Of a DNA stretch of 64,000 nt, positions 1 to 9,542 are shown piece by piece. The notes under the pieces are model-generated. The model searched no databases. It saw nothing but the letters and a program-made list of their open reading frames with translations, and was not told the DNA's origin. Each line of letters opens with the position of its first letter. Within the stretch, counting starts at the first letter, position 1. Source of the DNA: Acidobacteriota bacterium (lineage in GTDB: Bacteria; Acidobacteriota; UBA890; WLXD01); assembly GCA_965205505.1 (NCBI GenBank), contig CBDBHB010000009.1, positions 2,464,001-2,528,000 on the forward strand. The letters run 5' to 3'. Position numbers and translations under genes: made by a program.

Positions 1-321
1 CAGCTGCGTCGGTCGATGCAGGACCTCCGCTCTGTGGGCGTTGATTTCCTGACCCTCGGCCAGTACCTGCAGCCTACGTCGAAGCACCTTGACGTCGTTG
101 AGTGGGTGACGCCGGAGCGCTTCGCACAGTTACGGCAGCTCGGCGAGCGACTCGGCTTCGCCTATGTGGCGTCGGGCCCGCTGGTACGCAGCTCTTATCG
201 GGCTGGCGAGTTCTTCGTCGCCAATCTGGTCGAAACGCACCGTGTCGCTGCGTCGGCAACTATCCGCACCACGTCCGCGATTCGCGCTTCCTCGGGGGAG
301 GGGGCATGGGCGAATTGCTGA
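1..321 (+). CDS. lipA: Lipoyl synthase, C-terminal part (5' end outside window)
   Basis: [10 protein letters not shown]...[13 protein letters not shown] is the LipA C-terminal signature; frame is open from base 1; lies next to a lipoate-dependent dehydrogenase operon. Confidence 0.93.
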   Translation, partial: QLRRSMQDLRSVGVDFLTLGQYLQPTSKHLDVVEWVTPERFAQLRQLGERLGFAYVASGPLVRSSYRAGEFFVANLVETHRVAASATIRTTSAIRASSGEGAWANC

Positions 322-1283
322 CCGTCCTCGCCGACGACGTCGAAGCGATCGAGCGCAACGTCGGCGACCTGTCGGATGCCGACCTGACGGCCCTGTACGA
401 GTCACTGGTCGTGACGCGGGTCGTCGATGAACGGTGCGCCCGTCTACAGCAGTCAGGGCGAATCGGGTTTTGGGCGCCGTCGGGAGCAAGCGCAGCGGTA
501 TCGGCGGGGGCCGCGAGGGCCTTCGAAGACGGCGATTGGCTATATCCGTCCTATCGTGATGTGGGAGCGTTTCTGGTGCGCGGCGGAAGCATCGAGCAGC
601 TGTTCGCGCAGGTGCTCGCGTCGCGGGACGACCTGGCGCGTGGGCGCCAGTTGCCCGGACACGCGACGCTGCCGGCGGGGCGCTTCGTATCGGTTTCGGG
701 GCCGCTGGCGACACAAATTCAACACGCTGTGGGAACCGCGCTGGCCATGAAGCTGCGACATGACCCCCACACCGTTCTCGCCCTGTTCGGAGCTGCAGCC
801 ACCGACCAGGCTTCCTTTCAGATAGGCCTCTCAACTGCCGAGCGACATGCTGCCCCCGTGGTCTTCGTGTGTCGTTGCCCGAGCACCTCGCTGGCGCCCC
901 TCGCGATGGCGCACGGCGTGAAACCGGTGAGCGTCGATGGCACCGACATGTTGGCTGTGTACACGGCGGCACGAAGCGCCCGAGAAGCCGCGTTGGCTGG
1001 TGCCGGACCGACGCTGATCGAGGCAGTTGTGCCGGCTGGCACGGCGACGCTGAAGCCGGCGGCCAGACTGCGCCCTTATCTCGAACACCGCGGCGTCTGG
1101 GACGCCGGCCGAGAGGACGAGTTCAGTCGCCGCTGCGAGGAGCGAGGGGAGGCCGCCATCGCCTCGGCGGAGAGCGTTGGGCCACCGACAGCCGACACGA
1201 TGTTCGACGATGTATGGGCGGAGCGACCCTGGATGCTGCAAGAGCAGTCGCGCAAGCTACGTCGCCTGAAGGACGAATCCTAG
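306..1283 (+). CDS. 2-oxoacid dehydrogenase E1 alpha-like subunit with degenerate ThDP motif (probable pseudo-enzyme)
   Basis: E1a landmarks present ([52 protein letters not shown]). GDG is replaced by GAA, and the NN motif and YRxxxHS loop are absent. ATG 306 follows GGGGAGGGGG. Confidence 0.85.
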   Translation: MGELLTVLADDVEAIERNVGDLSDADLTALYESLVVTRVVDERCARLQQSGRIGFWAPSGASAAVSAGAARAFEDGDWLYPSYRDVGAFLVRGGSIEQLFAQVLASRDDLARGRQLPGHATLPAGRFVSVSGPLATQIQHAVGTALAMKLRHDPHTVLALFGAAATDQASFQIGLSTAERHAAPVVFVCRCPSTSLAPLAMAHGVKPVSVDGTDMLAVYTAARSAREAALAGAGPTLIEAVVPAGTATLKPAARLRPYLEHRGVWDAGREDEFSRRCEERGEAAIASAESVGPPTADTMFDDVWAERPWMLQEQSRKLRRLKDES

Positions 1284-1293
1284 CGAGACGAAG

Positions 1294-2265
1294 ATGCCCG
1301 ATCTCAACATGGCGCAAGCGATCAATCGGACGCTGAGCGTCGAGATGCGCCGCGACGACTCGATCGTGCTGTTAGGTGAGGATGTCGGGGCACTCGGCGG
1401 CCTGTTCAGTACCACTGAAGGGTTGCTCGACGATTTCGGCGAGCGGCGCGTTATCGACGCTCCCACCGGGGAAGGTGGTGTGATCGGCACCGCCGTGGGC
1501 ATGGCGCTCTACGGGCTCCGTCCGGTAACCGAGATTCAGTTCGCCGATTTTGTCTGGCCTGGCTTCGAGCACATCGTGTCGGAGATGTCCAGGATCCGAT
1601 ATCGCTCCGGAGGTCAATACGCTTGTCCCCTCGTCTTGCGCCTTCCTTACGGCGGTGGTGTCGGTGGCGGGATGTACCAATCGCAGAGCCCAGAAGCGTA
1701 CTTCTGCCATACGCCCGGGCTCGTCGTGGCAGCACCATCGGATCCGACGGACGCCGCTGGCATGCTCCGTGCGGCGCTGCGCGGAGATGACCCGGTCGTG
1801 TTCTTGGAGCCCAAGAGCCTCTATCAGGATTGCCGAGCCAGCGTCGACGACGAGCACCTCGTGCCGCTCGGCGAGGCTCGAGTTCGGCGGCCGGGTACTG
1901 ATGTTTCGGTGTTCGCATACGGGTCGATGGTGCCAGTAGCCCTGGCGGCGGCCGACGCCGCCGCCGGGTCGGGCATTCAAACCGACGTCGTCGATCTACG
2001 TACCCTGCTTCCGCTCGACATCGCCACCGTTCTGAGCTCGATTGCCAAGACCGGGCGGGCGGTGATTGTGGCCGAGTCGCCAACCTACTGCGGCTTTGCC
2101 GCCGAGCTCTCGGCGACGCTGTCGGAGCGCGCCCTGTTGCATCTGGAGGCGCCGGTCGAGCGCGTCGCCGGCTTCGACGTACCTTTCCCTCACGTTCACG
2201 AGAACGATTACTTGCCGAGCGAGCGACGGGTTGTCGCCGCCATCGAGCGAGTAGCAAACTTCTGA
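1294..2265 (+). CDS. 2-oxoacid dehydrogenase E1 beta subunit (branched-chain type); catalytic His replaced by Gln
   Basis: GEDVG, GMALYGLRPVTEIQFADF, RYRSGG, SQSPEAYFCHTPG and DPVVFLEPK present; YQSQS where YHSQS is expected. Confidence 0.9.
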   Translation: MPDLNMAQAINRTLSVEMRRDDSIVLLGEDVGALGGLFSTTEGLLDDFGERRVIDAPTGEGGVIGTAVGMALYGLRPVTEIQFADFVWPGFEHIVSEMSRIRYRSGGQYACPLVLRLPYGGGVGGGMYQSQSPEAYFCHTPGLVVAAPSDPTDAAGMLRAALRGDDPVVFLEPKSLYQDCRASVDDEHLVPLGEARVRRPGTDVSVFAYGSMVPVALAAADAAAGSGIQTDVVDLRTLLPLDIATVLSSIAKTGRAVIVAESPTYCGFAAELSATLSERALLHLEAPVERVAGFDVPFPHVHENDYLPSERRVVAAIERVANF

Positions 2266-2270
2266 GGCCC

Positions 2271-3674
2271 ATGGCAAGCGAGATCAAGCTACCGGAGATC
2301 GGCGAGGGGACGGCCGAGGGCGAGATCATCAAGTGGCTCGTCACGGAGGGCCAAGCCGTGGAGGAGGACACGCCGCTCGTCGAGGTCATGACCGACAAGG
2401 CCACAGTGGAGATCCCGGCGCCATTCTCGGGCACCGTGTTCGAGCTACGCGCCAAGGAAGGCGAAGTCGTCGACGTTGGTGCGGTGATCTTGCTTATCGA
2501 CAGGGGCGAGCAGGCTGACAGCAGCAACCCGAGCGACGCTCGGGAGGTCGGTGTAGCTTCGCAGCCCCATGACGATGCTGACCCTGTAGTGCCGATCGCG
2601 GCAGAGGAGGTCGCCGCCGACCCGGTGGCGGCGGCGCAGGCGATGGCACGCGCGGAGCTCGACTCGGAAGCTGAGGAGACGGCCATTTGGGAGGTTCCCC
2701 GGGCCGCGTCCGGCGCCACGCCCACGACCCCGGCCACCCGCCGCCTGGCTCGGCAGCTCGGCGTCGATCTGCAAGAGATACAAGGGACCGGCAAGGGTGG
2801 GCGAGTTACCAAGGCGGATCTCTTGGGTGGCGCCGATCGAGCCGCGCCAACGGAAGACTCGCCAGCGATTCCCGGTGCGATCGCCGAAGCCGCACCGGTC
2901 GCCGTCAGGGCGGTCGATGCGGCGCCGATGGTCGCCAGCAACGCTCCTCGGCTGACGCCGGTCTCCGCCGGTTCACTCGAAGAGCGCATTCCGCTGCGCG
3001 GGCTTCGGCGGCGGATTGCTGAGCGCCTGGTGGAGGCGAAGCGTCTTGTCCCGCACTTCACATACGTCGAGGAGTGCGACATGACCGAGATCGTAGCGTT
3101 GCGTCGCGAGGCCAAGGAGATGGCCGCTGCTCAAGGGCTGCGGGTTACCTACCTGCCCTTCTTCATCAAGGCGTTGATCGAGGCGTGCCGTCGCCATCCG
3201 ATCCTCAATTCGTCGCTCGACGACGAGAGCGGTGAGATCGTGCTGAAGCGCTACTACAACGTTGGCATCGCTACCGACACGGAACGCGGTCTGATGGTGC
3301 CAGTGGTGAAGAATGCCGACCAGCTGAGCATCTTCGAGTTGGCACAAGAGATCGCACGTCTTTCCACGGATGCGCGCGCCGGGCGAAGCGCCGCGGATGA
3401 TCTGCAGGGCGGGACCATCACGGTCACGAGTACCGGTAGCATCGGTGGACTCCTTGCCACGCCGATCATCAACCACCCCGAGGTGGCAATTCTGGGCGTG
3501 GTCGCTATTCGCAAGCGCCCGGTGGTGCGTGGCGACGAGACCGTGATCCGCGACATGATGAACCTTTCGCTTTCTCTGGACCATCGCGTCGTCGACGGTG
3601 CTCCGGCAGCGCAGTTCATGCGTGATCTAGTGGCGTTGCTCGAGGATCCCAAGCTGCAGCTGCTCGTGACCTGA
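2271..3674 (+). CDS. Dihydrolipoamide acyltransferase E2 (one lipoyl domain)
   Basis: Lipoyl motif TDKATVE; E3-binding TPATRRLARQLGVDL..GTGKGGRVTKAD; catalytic DHRVVDG. Confidence 0.95.
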   Translation: MASEIKLPEIGEGTAEGEIIKWLVTEGQAVEEDTPLVEVMTDKATVEIPAPFSGTVFELRAKEGEVVDVGAVILLIDRGEQADSSNPSDAREVGVASQPHDDADPVVPIAAEEVAADPVAAAQAMARAELDSEAEETAIWEVPRAASGATPTTPATRRLARQLGVDLQEIQGTGKGGRVTKADLLGGADRAAPTEDSPAIPGAIAEAAPVAVRAVDAAPMVASNAPRLTPVSAGSLEERIPLRGLRRRIAERLVEAKRLVPHFTYVEECDMTEIVALRREAKEMAAAQGLRVTYLPFFIKALIEACRRHPILNSSLDDESGEIVLKRYYNVGIATDTERGLMVPVVKNADQLSIFELAQEIARLSTDARAGRSAADDLQGGTITVTSTGSIGGLLATPIINHPEVAILGVVAIRKRPVVRGDETVIRDMMNLSLSLDHRVVDGAPAAQFMRDLVALLEDPKLQLLVT

Positions 3675-3682
3675 GCCTGACC

Positions 3683-5083
3683 ATGAGCGTCGACGTTCAA
3701 GTAGGGGTCGCTGTCATCGGGGCAGGTCCGGGCGGCTATGTGGCGGCAATACGCGCTGCGCAGCTAGGGCAGCGGGTCGCTGTGATCGAGAGGGAATTCG
3801 TCGGCGGCACTTGCCTCAATGTTGGGTGTATCCCGTCAAAGGCGCTGCTCGATGCCTCGCACTTGTTCAGCCAGATCAACCGGGCGTCGGTGTTCGGGAT
3901 ACAGGTCGAAGGCGCCAGCGTCGATTTCGCCGCCATGCAGCGACACAAGGCCAAGGTAGTCAAGGCGTTGACTACCGGCGTGCGCGGACTGCTCAAGCGG
4001 CAAGGGGTCGAGCGCCTGATGGGGACGGCGCGCTTCAAAGCACCGGGCGTGCTTGGCGTGGAGTCAGCGGACGGGACTGGCGTGACCGTCCGTGCGGATA
4101 ACGTCATTGTCGCCACCGGGTCCGTCGAGGCAGAGTTGCCCGGGGTTCCATTCGACGACGCCGTCGTGATCTCGTCGCGCGGCGCACTCGGTCTCGAGAT
4201 GGTGCCCGATCGCCTGGTCGTCGTAGGTGCGGGCTATATCGGACTGGAGATCGGGAGCGTGTACTCACGACTCGGCGCTGAGGTCGTCGTGCTGGAAATG
4301 AGGGATCGTGTCCTGCCGGAGATGGACGCCGAGGTAGCCGCGGCGGCCTACACGCTTCTCCGGCAGCAAGGGCTCGACATCCGCCTCGGTGCGAGGGTTG
4401 CTGCGGTCCAGGTCGCGGGCGATTCTGCCCGGGTACGCTACAGCGTCGAGGACAACGAGGCGACCGTCGAGGCGGACCGCGTGTTGGTCTCGATCGGTCG
4501 GCGGCCCGCCACCGACGGGCTCGGGCTCGACGCGATTGGGCTCGAAACCGACGATCGTGGTTTCATCATCGTCGACCACGGCATGCGCACCGGGGTGCCT
4601 GGCGTCTATGCGATCGGCGACGTTGTCGCTACGCCGATGCTGGCGCACGTGGCCATGGACGAGGGTGTTGTCGCGGCGGAATGTATCGCTGGCCAAGTCG
4701 CCGCGATGGAGTACGACGCGATCCCTGCGGTCGTGTTCACGCATCCAGAGCTCGCCTCGGTGGGGCTCCAGGAACAGGAGGCCGAGCTGCGCGGACACCG
4801 GCTCAAGGTAGGCCGCTTCCCGTTCCGCGGCAACGGCAGAGCACGGGCGCGCGACGACATGGAAGGCTGGGTGAAGGTGATCGCCGACGCCGACACCGAC
4901 GCGATCCTGGGAGTTCACTGTGTGGGCCCGGAGGCCGGGCATCTGATTCATGAGGCAGTCGTGGCAATGGGGTACGGCGGCTGTGCTGAAGACCTCGCGC
5001 TAACCGTCCACGCGCACCCGACGCTGTCAGAGGCGTTCAAGGAAGCCGCCCTGGCGGTTGACGGTCGCTCGCTGCACATTTGA
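3683..5083 (+). CDS. lpdA: Dihydrolipoyl dehydrogenase E3
   Basis: GAGPGGYVAA, GGTCLNVGCIPSK, GAGYIGLE, HAHPTLSE. Confidence 0.96.
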   Translation: MSVDVQVGVAVIGAGPGGYVAAIRAAQLGQRVAVIEREFVGGTCLNVGCIPSKALLDASHLFSQINRASVFGIQVEGASVDFAAMQRHKAKVVKALTTGVRGLLKRQGVERLMGTARFKAPGVLGVESADGTGVTVRADNVIVATGSVEAELPGVPFDDAVVISSRGALGLEMVPDRLVVVGAGYIGLEIGSVYSRLGAEVVVLEMRDRVLPEMDAEVAAAAYTLLRQQGLDIRLGARVAAVQVAGDSARVRYSVEDNEATVEADRVLVSIGRRPATDGLGLDAIGLETDDRGFIIVDHGMRTGVPGVYAIGDVVATPMLAHVAMDEGVVAAECIAGQVAAMEYDAIPAVVFTHPELASVGLQEQEAELRGHRLKVGRFPFRGNGRARARDDMEGWVKVIADADTDAILGVHCVGPEAGHLIHEAVVAMGYGGCAEDLALTVHAHPTLSEAFKEAALAVDGRSLHI

Positions 5084-5090
5084 TCGGCCG

Positions 5091-7325
5091 ATGGCGCGAG
5101 CGCAGGAACCGTCGCTGTTCGACGGACGGCTTCGAGGCACCGTTGCCCGTGTGGTGTTCGAGAATCGCGACACGGGCTGGGCTGTGGTGCACCTAGAGCC
5201 CGACGATGGGGGTTTAGTTACCGTAGTTGGTCCGCTGGCCCCGCTCTATCCTGGTGAGTGCGTCGAGGTCGAGGGCGAATGGGAAACCGATCGGCGCTAC
5301 GGCAGGCAATTTCGGGCGCACGGAAGCATACCGGCCGAGCCCCAGAGCGAGAGCGGTGCGCGGCGCTACCTTGCTTCCGGCGTGATTCCCGGGATCGGCC
5401 CGGAGTTCGCCAAGCGGCTCGTTGAGCGCTTCGGTACCGACACGTTGCGCGTCCTGGATGAAGAGCCAGAGCGTCTCCTCACGGTGCGCGGCATCGGCGC
5501 CAAGAGGCTCGAGCAAATCAAGGCCGGATGGTTGGAGAAGACCGCGCATCGACAGGCACGGATCTTTCTTCAGGGGCATGGGCTGGGCCCGGCGCTCGCC
5601 GAGAAAGTCGTACGCACCTGGGGGAAGGAGACCATCGGCCGGGTGCGGAGGAATCCCTACGCGCTCGCCCGCGAGGTGCGCGGCATCGGGTTTCGCACCG
5701 CCGATGGGCTGGCAATGCGATTGGGCATTGCCCCGGACGCTCCTGAGCGGTTGATGGCAGGGCTGGCGGAGGCGCTGTTCGCGGCTGCAGGCCGGGGCAA
5801 CTGTTTCCTGCTGCGTTCCGAGCTGCAGGCGGCGGCTGCCAAGTTGCTCGAGCTCGAGGACTCGTGCGCTCTGTTGTCGCCAGTCGACGCCCTGGCGCAA
5901 CGGCGCGAGGTAGTGGTGGAGCCGGCTGGCGACGCCGACCCGCGGGTCTACGTGACCGGCCTACATGCCGCCGAGCTGCGAGTGGCGCGCCGGCTAGCCG
6001 TCCTGGGTGCTTCGGTCGTGAGCGAGTCGGCACAGGAGAGCGAACGGGTGATCGGTGCGGTACGCCAAGTCGAGGCGGGCCTGGAGCTCGGCCTCGCGGA
6101 GGAGCAGCGCGGCGCGCTCGAGGCCGCGCTTCTCGGCCGCCTGGTGGTAGTTACCGGCGGCCCTGGCACTGGCAAGACAACGCTGGTCGATGCGATCGCC
6201 CGGTGTGCTGCCATGCTCGACTTGCGCGTCGCCCTTGCAGCTCCGACCGGTCGCGCAGCCAAGCGGATGGAGCAGGCGACGGGGCGCGAGGCCAAGACGA
6301 TCCATCGTCTACTCGAGTTCGGGTACGGGCAAGGTTTTGGTCGCGGGCCGGACAATCCCATCGACGCCGATCTAGCGGTGATCGACGAGTTCTCCATGGT
6401 CGATCTGGTGCTCATGGACGCGTTCATCGCCGCGTTGCGGCCGGACGCGCGACTGTTGATGGTTGGCGATGCCGACCAGCTGCCGCCCGTCGGTCCCGGA
6501 GCGGTATTACGCGACCTCATCGCGTCGGAGCGTGTGCCCACCGTGCGGTTGCGGCGAATCTTCCGCCAGGCACGTGCGAGTCTGATCGTGCGGAACGCGC
6601 ATCGGGTGAACGCAGGCGAGGTTCCCGAGGCTCCGGCATCCACCGATGAGCCCGATGCAGATTTCTACATGATCGACGAGCGCGATCCGGACCGCGCTCT
6701 TGCGCTCGTACGACGGCTGGTTACACGACGTATTCCTAGGCGCTTCGGGTTGGACCCCATGCGCGACGTGCAGGTGCTGGCGCCGATGCACCGGGGTCGT
6801 TGCGGCGTGACCCGACTCAACTCCGAGCTTCAGGCGGCGCTCAACGCGGGTTCGTTGGCGGCGTTGCCGGAGACGCCGGTGCTGAGTGTCGGGGACCGAG
6901 TCATGCAGCTGCGCAACGACTACGACCGCGAGGTGTTCAACGGCGACATCGGGCACGTGGCGCTCGCCGATCCGGAGGAGGGCTTGACGGTCGATTTTGA
7001 CGGTCGCCTCGTGGGCTACGACCGTGGCGCCGCAGTTGACCTGACGCTAGCATACGCTATCTCGGTGCATAAGAGTCAGGGGAGCGAGTATCCCGCCGTG
7101 GTAATCGTTCTCATGCCCGAGCACCACATCATGCTGCAGCGCAACCTGCTTTACACGGCGTTGACCCGGGCTCGGCGGGTCGCGGTGCTGATTAGCAGTC
7201 GCGATGCGCTCGCCCGTGCCGTTGCCAACGCATCGCCGTCAGCTCGGAACACGACGCTGGCTGAGCGTATTCGCGAGGCGCTCGATGGCGTCGCGCCTAC
7301 CTTGCCCATCACACCGGCGTACTAG
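5091..7325 (+). CDS. recD2: ATP-dependent RecD2-like DNA helicase
   Basis: N-terminal OB and HhH repeats (PGIG, RGIG); Walker A GGPGTGKT; APTGRAAKR; DEFSM; YAISVHKSQGSE; YTALTRAR. Confidence 0.95.
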   Translation: MARAQEPSLFDGRLRGTVARVVFENRDTGWAVVHLEPDDGGLVTVVGPLAPLYPGECVEVEGEWETDRRYGRQFRAHGSIPAEPQSESGARRYLASGVIPGIGPEFAKRLVERFGTDTLRVLDEEPERLLTVRGIGAKRLEQIKAGWLEKTAHRQARIFLQGHGLGPALAEKVVRTWGKETIGRVRRNPYALAREVRGIGFRTADGLAMRLGIAPDAPERLMAGLAEALFAAAGRGNCFLLRSELQAAAAKLLELEDSCALLSPVDALAQRREVVVEPAGDADPRVYVTGLHAAELRVARRLAVLGASVVSESAQESERVIGAVRQVEAGLELGLAEEQRGALEAALLGRLVVVTGGPGTGKTTLVDAIARCAAMLDLRVALAAPTGRAAKRMEQATGREAKTIHRLLEFGYGQGFGRGPDNPIDADLAVIDEFSMVDLVLMDAFIAALRPDARLLMVGDADQLPPVGPGAVLRDLIASERVPTVRLRRIFRQARASLIVRNAHRVNAGEVPEAPASTDEPDADFYMIDERDPDRALALVRRLVTRRIPRRFGLDPMRDVQVLAPMHRGRCGVTRLNSELQAALNAGSLAALPETPVLSVGDRVMQLRNDYDREVFNGDIGHVALADPEEGLTVDFDGRLVGYDRGAAVDLTLAYAISVHKSQGSEYPAVVIVLMPEHHIMLQRNLLYTALTRARRVAVLISSRDALARAVANASPSARNTTLAERIREALDGVAPTLPITPAY

Positions 7326-8011
7326 TGGTAACCGGCAAGCCGACCACTGAGCCTTACCAGGGAGCTACGCATGTTCGACACGTCGAGGTGGTGGCGCCGT
7401 TCGGCGAGAACTCGTGGTTGATTGGCTGCCCCGAAACAGGTGCTGCGGCGCTTGTCGATCCGGGCGGTCACGTAACGGAGTTGCTCGCCATTGCCGGCCA
7501 GCAAGGGCTCGACGTCGAGCAGATCTGGCTCACTCACGCTCATATCGATCACGTAGCGGGTGTTGCCGAGGCAGTAGAGGCGACCGGCGCGCCGCTGGCG
7601 CTCCACCCGCTGGATCGACCGCTGTACGACGCGGTCGAGCAGCAGGCGGCGATGTTCGGGCTTCATGTGCCATCGTTGCCGACACCGACCCGCTGGCTCG
7701 AAACCGACGAGATGATGGAGCTGGGGGGACTGCGCGCCCGAGTTCTGCACGTGCCCGGCCATGCGCCGGGACACGTGGCCTTCTGGTTCGCTGAGCTCGA
7801 TATCGTGGTTTCGGGTGACTGTCTGTTTGCCGGATCGATCGGCCGCACCGATCTGCCAGGTGGCAACTACGAGGCCCTGATGCACTCGATTCGCACCGTG
7901 TTGCTCCCTCTCGGCGAAGAGGTCACGGTGCTTCCTGGTCATGGCCCGGAAACGACACTGGGTCAGGAGCGGCGCACCAACCCGTTTCTTACCACGCCGT
8001 CTTCCGCCTGA
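7325..8011 (+). CDS. MBL-fold metallo-hydrolase (glyoxalase II-like)
   Basis: THAHIDH, PGHAPG, GDCLF..SIGRTDLPGG, PGHGPETT; GTG overlaps the recD2 TAG, so the start is uncertain. Confidence 0.9.
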   Translation: MVTGKPTTEPYQGATHVRHVEVVAPFGENSWLIGCPETGAAALVDPGGHVTELLAIAGQQGLDVEQIWLTHAHIDHVAGVAEAVEATGAPLALHPLDRPLYDAVEQQAAMFGLHVPSLPTPTRWLETDEMMELGGLRARVLHVPGHAPGHVAFWFAELDIVVSGDCLFAGSIGRTDLPGGNYEALMHSIRTVLLPLGEEVTVLPGHGPETTLGQERRTNPFLTTPSSA

Positions 8012-8029
8012 CGGCGCGATCAGAGCCCA

Positions 8030-8062
8030 CTAGAGTTCTTCAGCGCCCTGCTAGTGTCCTGA
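8030..8062. repeat. Scar of CTAG-targeting element ends
   Basis: CTAG-agttcttcagcgccctg-CTAG-tgtcctga has the same junction layout as ...ttcaccacggcctg-CTAG-tgtcctgt at 34443-34468. Confidence 0.5.
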
Positions 8063-8068
8063 ATAGGC

Positions 8069-9346
8069 TCAGGCTCCCATGAGCCTCTTGGTGAGCCACT
8101 TTTCGGCATCGAGGGCGGCGCGGCAGCCATATCCCGCGGCGGTGATCGCCTGCCGGTAGTGGTGGTCGTGGACATCGCCCGCCACGAACACGCCGTCGAT
8201 CGCGGTGCTGGGCAGCGGCCGCTCGTCGTCGGCTACGTAGCCCAGCTCATCGAGCCGGATCGGCCAGTCGACCAGCACTCCGGTGTTGGGGTCGTGACCG
8301 ATGGCGATAAAGCATCCGTCGACCTGCACGTTGGCACCCTCGCCGGTTTGATTGTTGATCACTTGCACGCCGGTGAGTCCTGTTTCCGACGTGCCGACGA
8401 ACTCCTCGACCTCGGTGTTCCACAGGACATCGATCTGCTCGTGCTCCAGAACGCGTCGAGCCATGATGGGGCTGGCGCGGAGCTCGTCGCGTCGGTGTAG
8501 AAGCGTCACCGAGGAAGCGAACTTGGTGAGGAACAGGGCCTCTTCCATGGCGGAGTCACCGCCGCCGACGATCGCTACGGGTCGACCGCGGAAGAAGGCT
8601 GCATCGCACGTCGCGCAGGTGGAGACGCCGTAGCCGCGTAGCTCCATCTCACCGGGTACCCCCAGGGCCTTTGGCGACGCGCCCGTGGCAATGATCAGCG
8701 CATCGCAAGTGTGCTCGGCGCTGCCCTCCAGGACGACCTTGAAAGGGTGCTCACCTAGCTGAAGGCTGTCGACGTGACCAAACAACAGCTCGGCGCCGAA
8801 TCGCTCCGCCTGCGCCCGCATCCCGTCGATGAGCTCGGGCCCTTGGATACCGTCTGGGAACCCTGGGAAGTTCTCGACATCCGTCGTCGTGTATAGCTGT
8901 CCACCTAGCTCGCGACCGGTGATCACCAGCGGCGCCAAGTTGGCACGGGCGCTATAGATGGCCGCTGTCAGGCCGGCGCAGCCGGAGCCGATGATGATCA
9001 GCTCACGATGGTTCTCAGCCACCTCGCCCTCCGGGGCCCTGTCACGGCTATCGGCGTCCACAATCCCGGCACCGTTGTGGCCGTCGCGGTCGGCGTTGAG
9101 CAGCGGGTCCAGTTCGCCGCGAGTCTCGAGCGCGGCGAGCTCGTCGAACCCACCGATGTGCAGATCGTCGATGAATATCTGTGGCGCGGTGGCACGGCCG
9201 TTGGAGCGCTCGATCATCTCCGCGAATCGAGCACGGTCGGTCGAGACGTCGATCTCGTCCCATTCCACGCCCTTCGCCGCGAGCAGGTTCTTGGCCCAGC
9301 TGCAGTACGAGCAGAACGACTTGGTGTAGACGACAACTTGAGGCAT
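8069..9346 (-). CDS. trxB: Glutaredoxin-3 domain fused to thioredoxin reductase
   Basis: N-terminal YTKSFCSYC..TAPQIFIDDLHIGGFDEL; linker; then IIGSGCAG, GGQL, ENFPGF, CATCD, GGGDSAMEEA, HRRD, QAITAAG. Confidence 0.93.
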   Translation of the reverse strand: MPQVVVYTKSFCSYCSWAKNLLAAKGVEWDEIDVSTDRARFAEMIERSNGRATAPQIFIDDLHIGGFDELAALETRGELDPLLNADRDGHNGAGIVDADSRDRAPEGEVAENHRELIIIGSGCAGLTAAIYSARANLAPLVITGRELGGQLYTTTDVENFPGFPDGIQGPELIDGMRAQAERFGAELLFGHVDSLQLGEHPFKVVLEGSAEHTCDALIIATGASPKALGVPGEMELRGYGVSTCATCDAAFFRGRPVAIVGGGDSAMEEALFLTKFASSVTLLHRRDELRASPIMARRVLEHEQIDVLWNTEVEEFVGTSETGLTGVQVINNQTGEGANVQVDGCFIAIGHDPNTGVLVDWPIRLDELGYVADDERPLPSTAIDGVFVAGDVHDHHYRQAITAAGYGCRAALDAEKWLTKRLMGA

Positions 9347-9542
9347 CAGTGTGGGCGGTGGATGGTGTTGACGGGCTCGGCCGATCGGTCAGAGATCATC
9401 CTAACTCTTGCCGCGGTGACGGATGTGTCGCGACACCGGCGCGCTCGTGTGCTGGGCCGCTCGCAAGCCACTACACTTCAGCGGGACCCGAGACCACTAC
9501 TGGCTGCCGCCGCTTTCCTTCGGAGAGGGACTCTTGCCGCCG

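Noticed and set aside
1451-3115. Long antisense and alternative-frame ORFs (e.g. 554 aa here, 503 aa at 40829-42340)
   Set aside because: Shadows of well-supported genes in GC-rich DNA; no recognisable motifs
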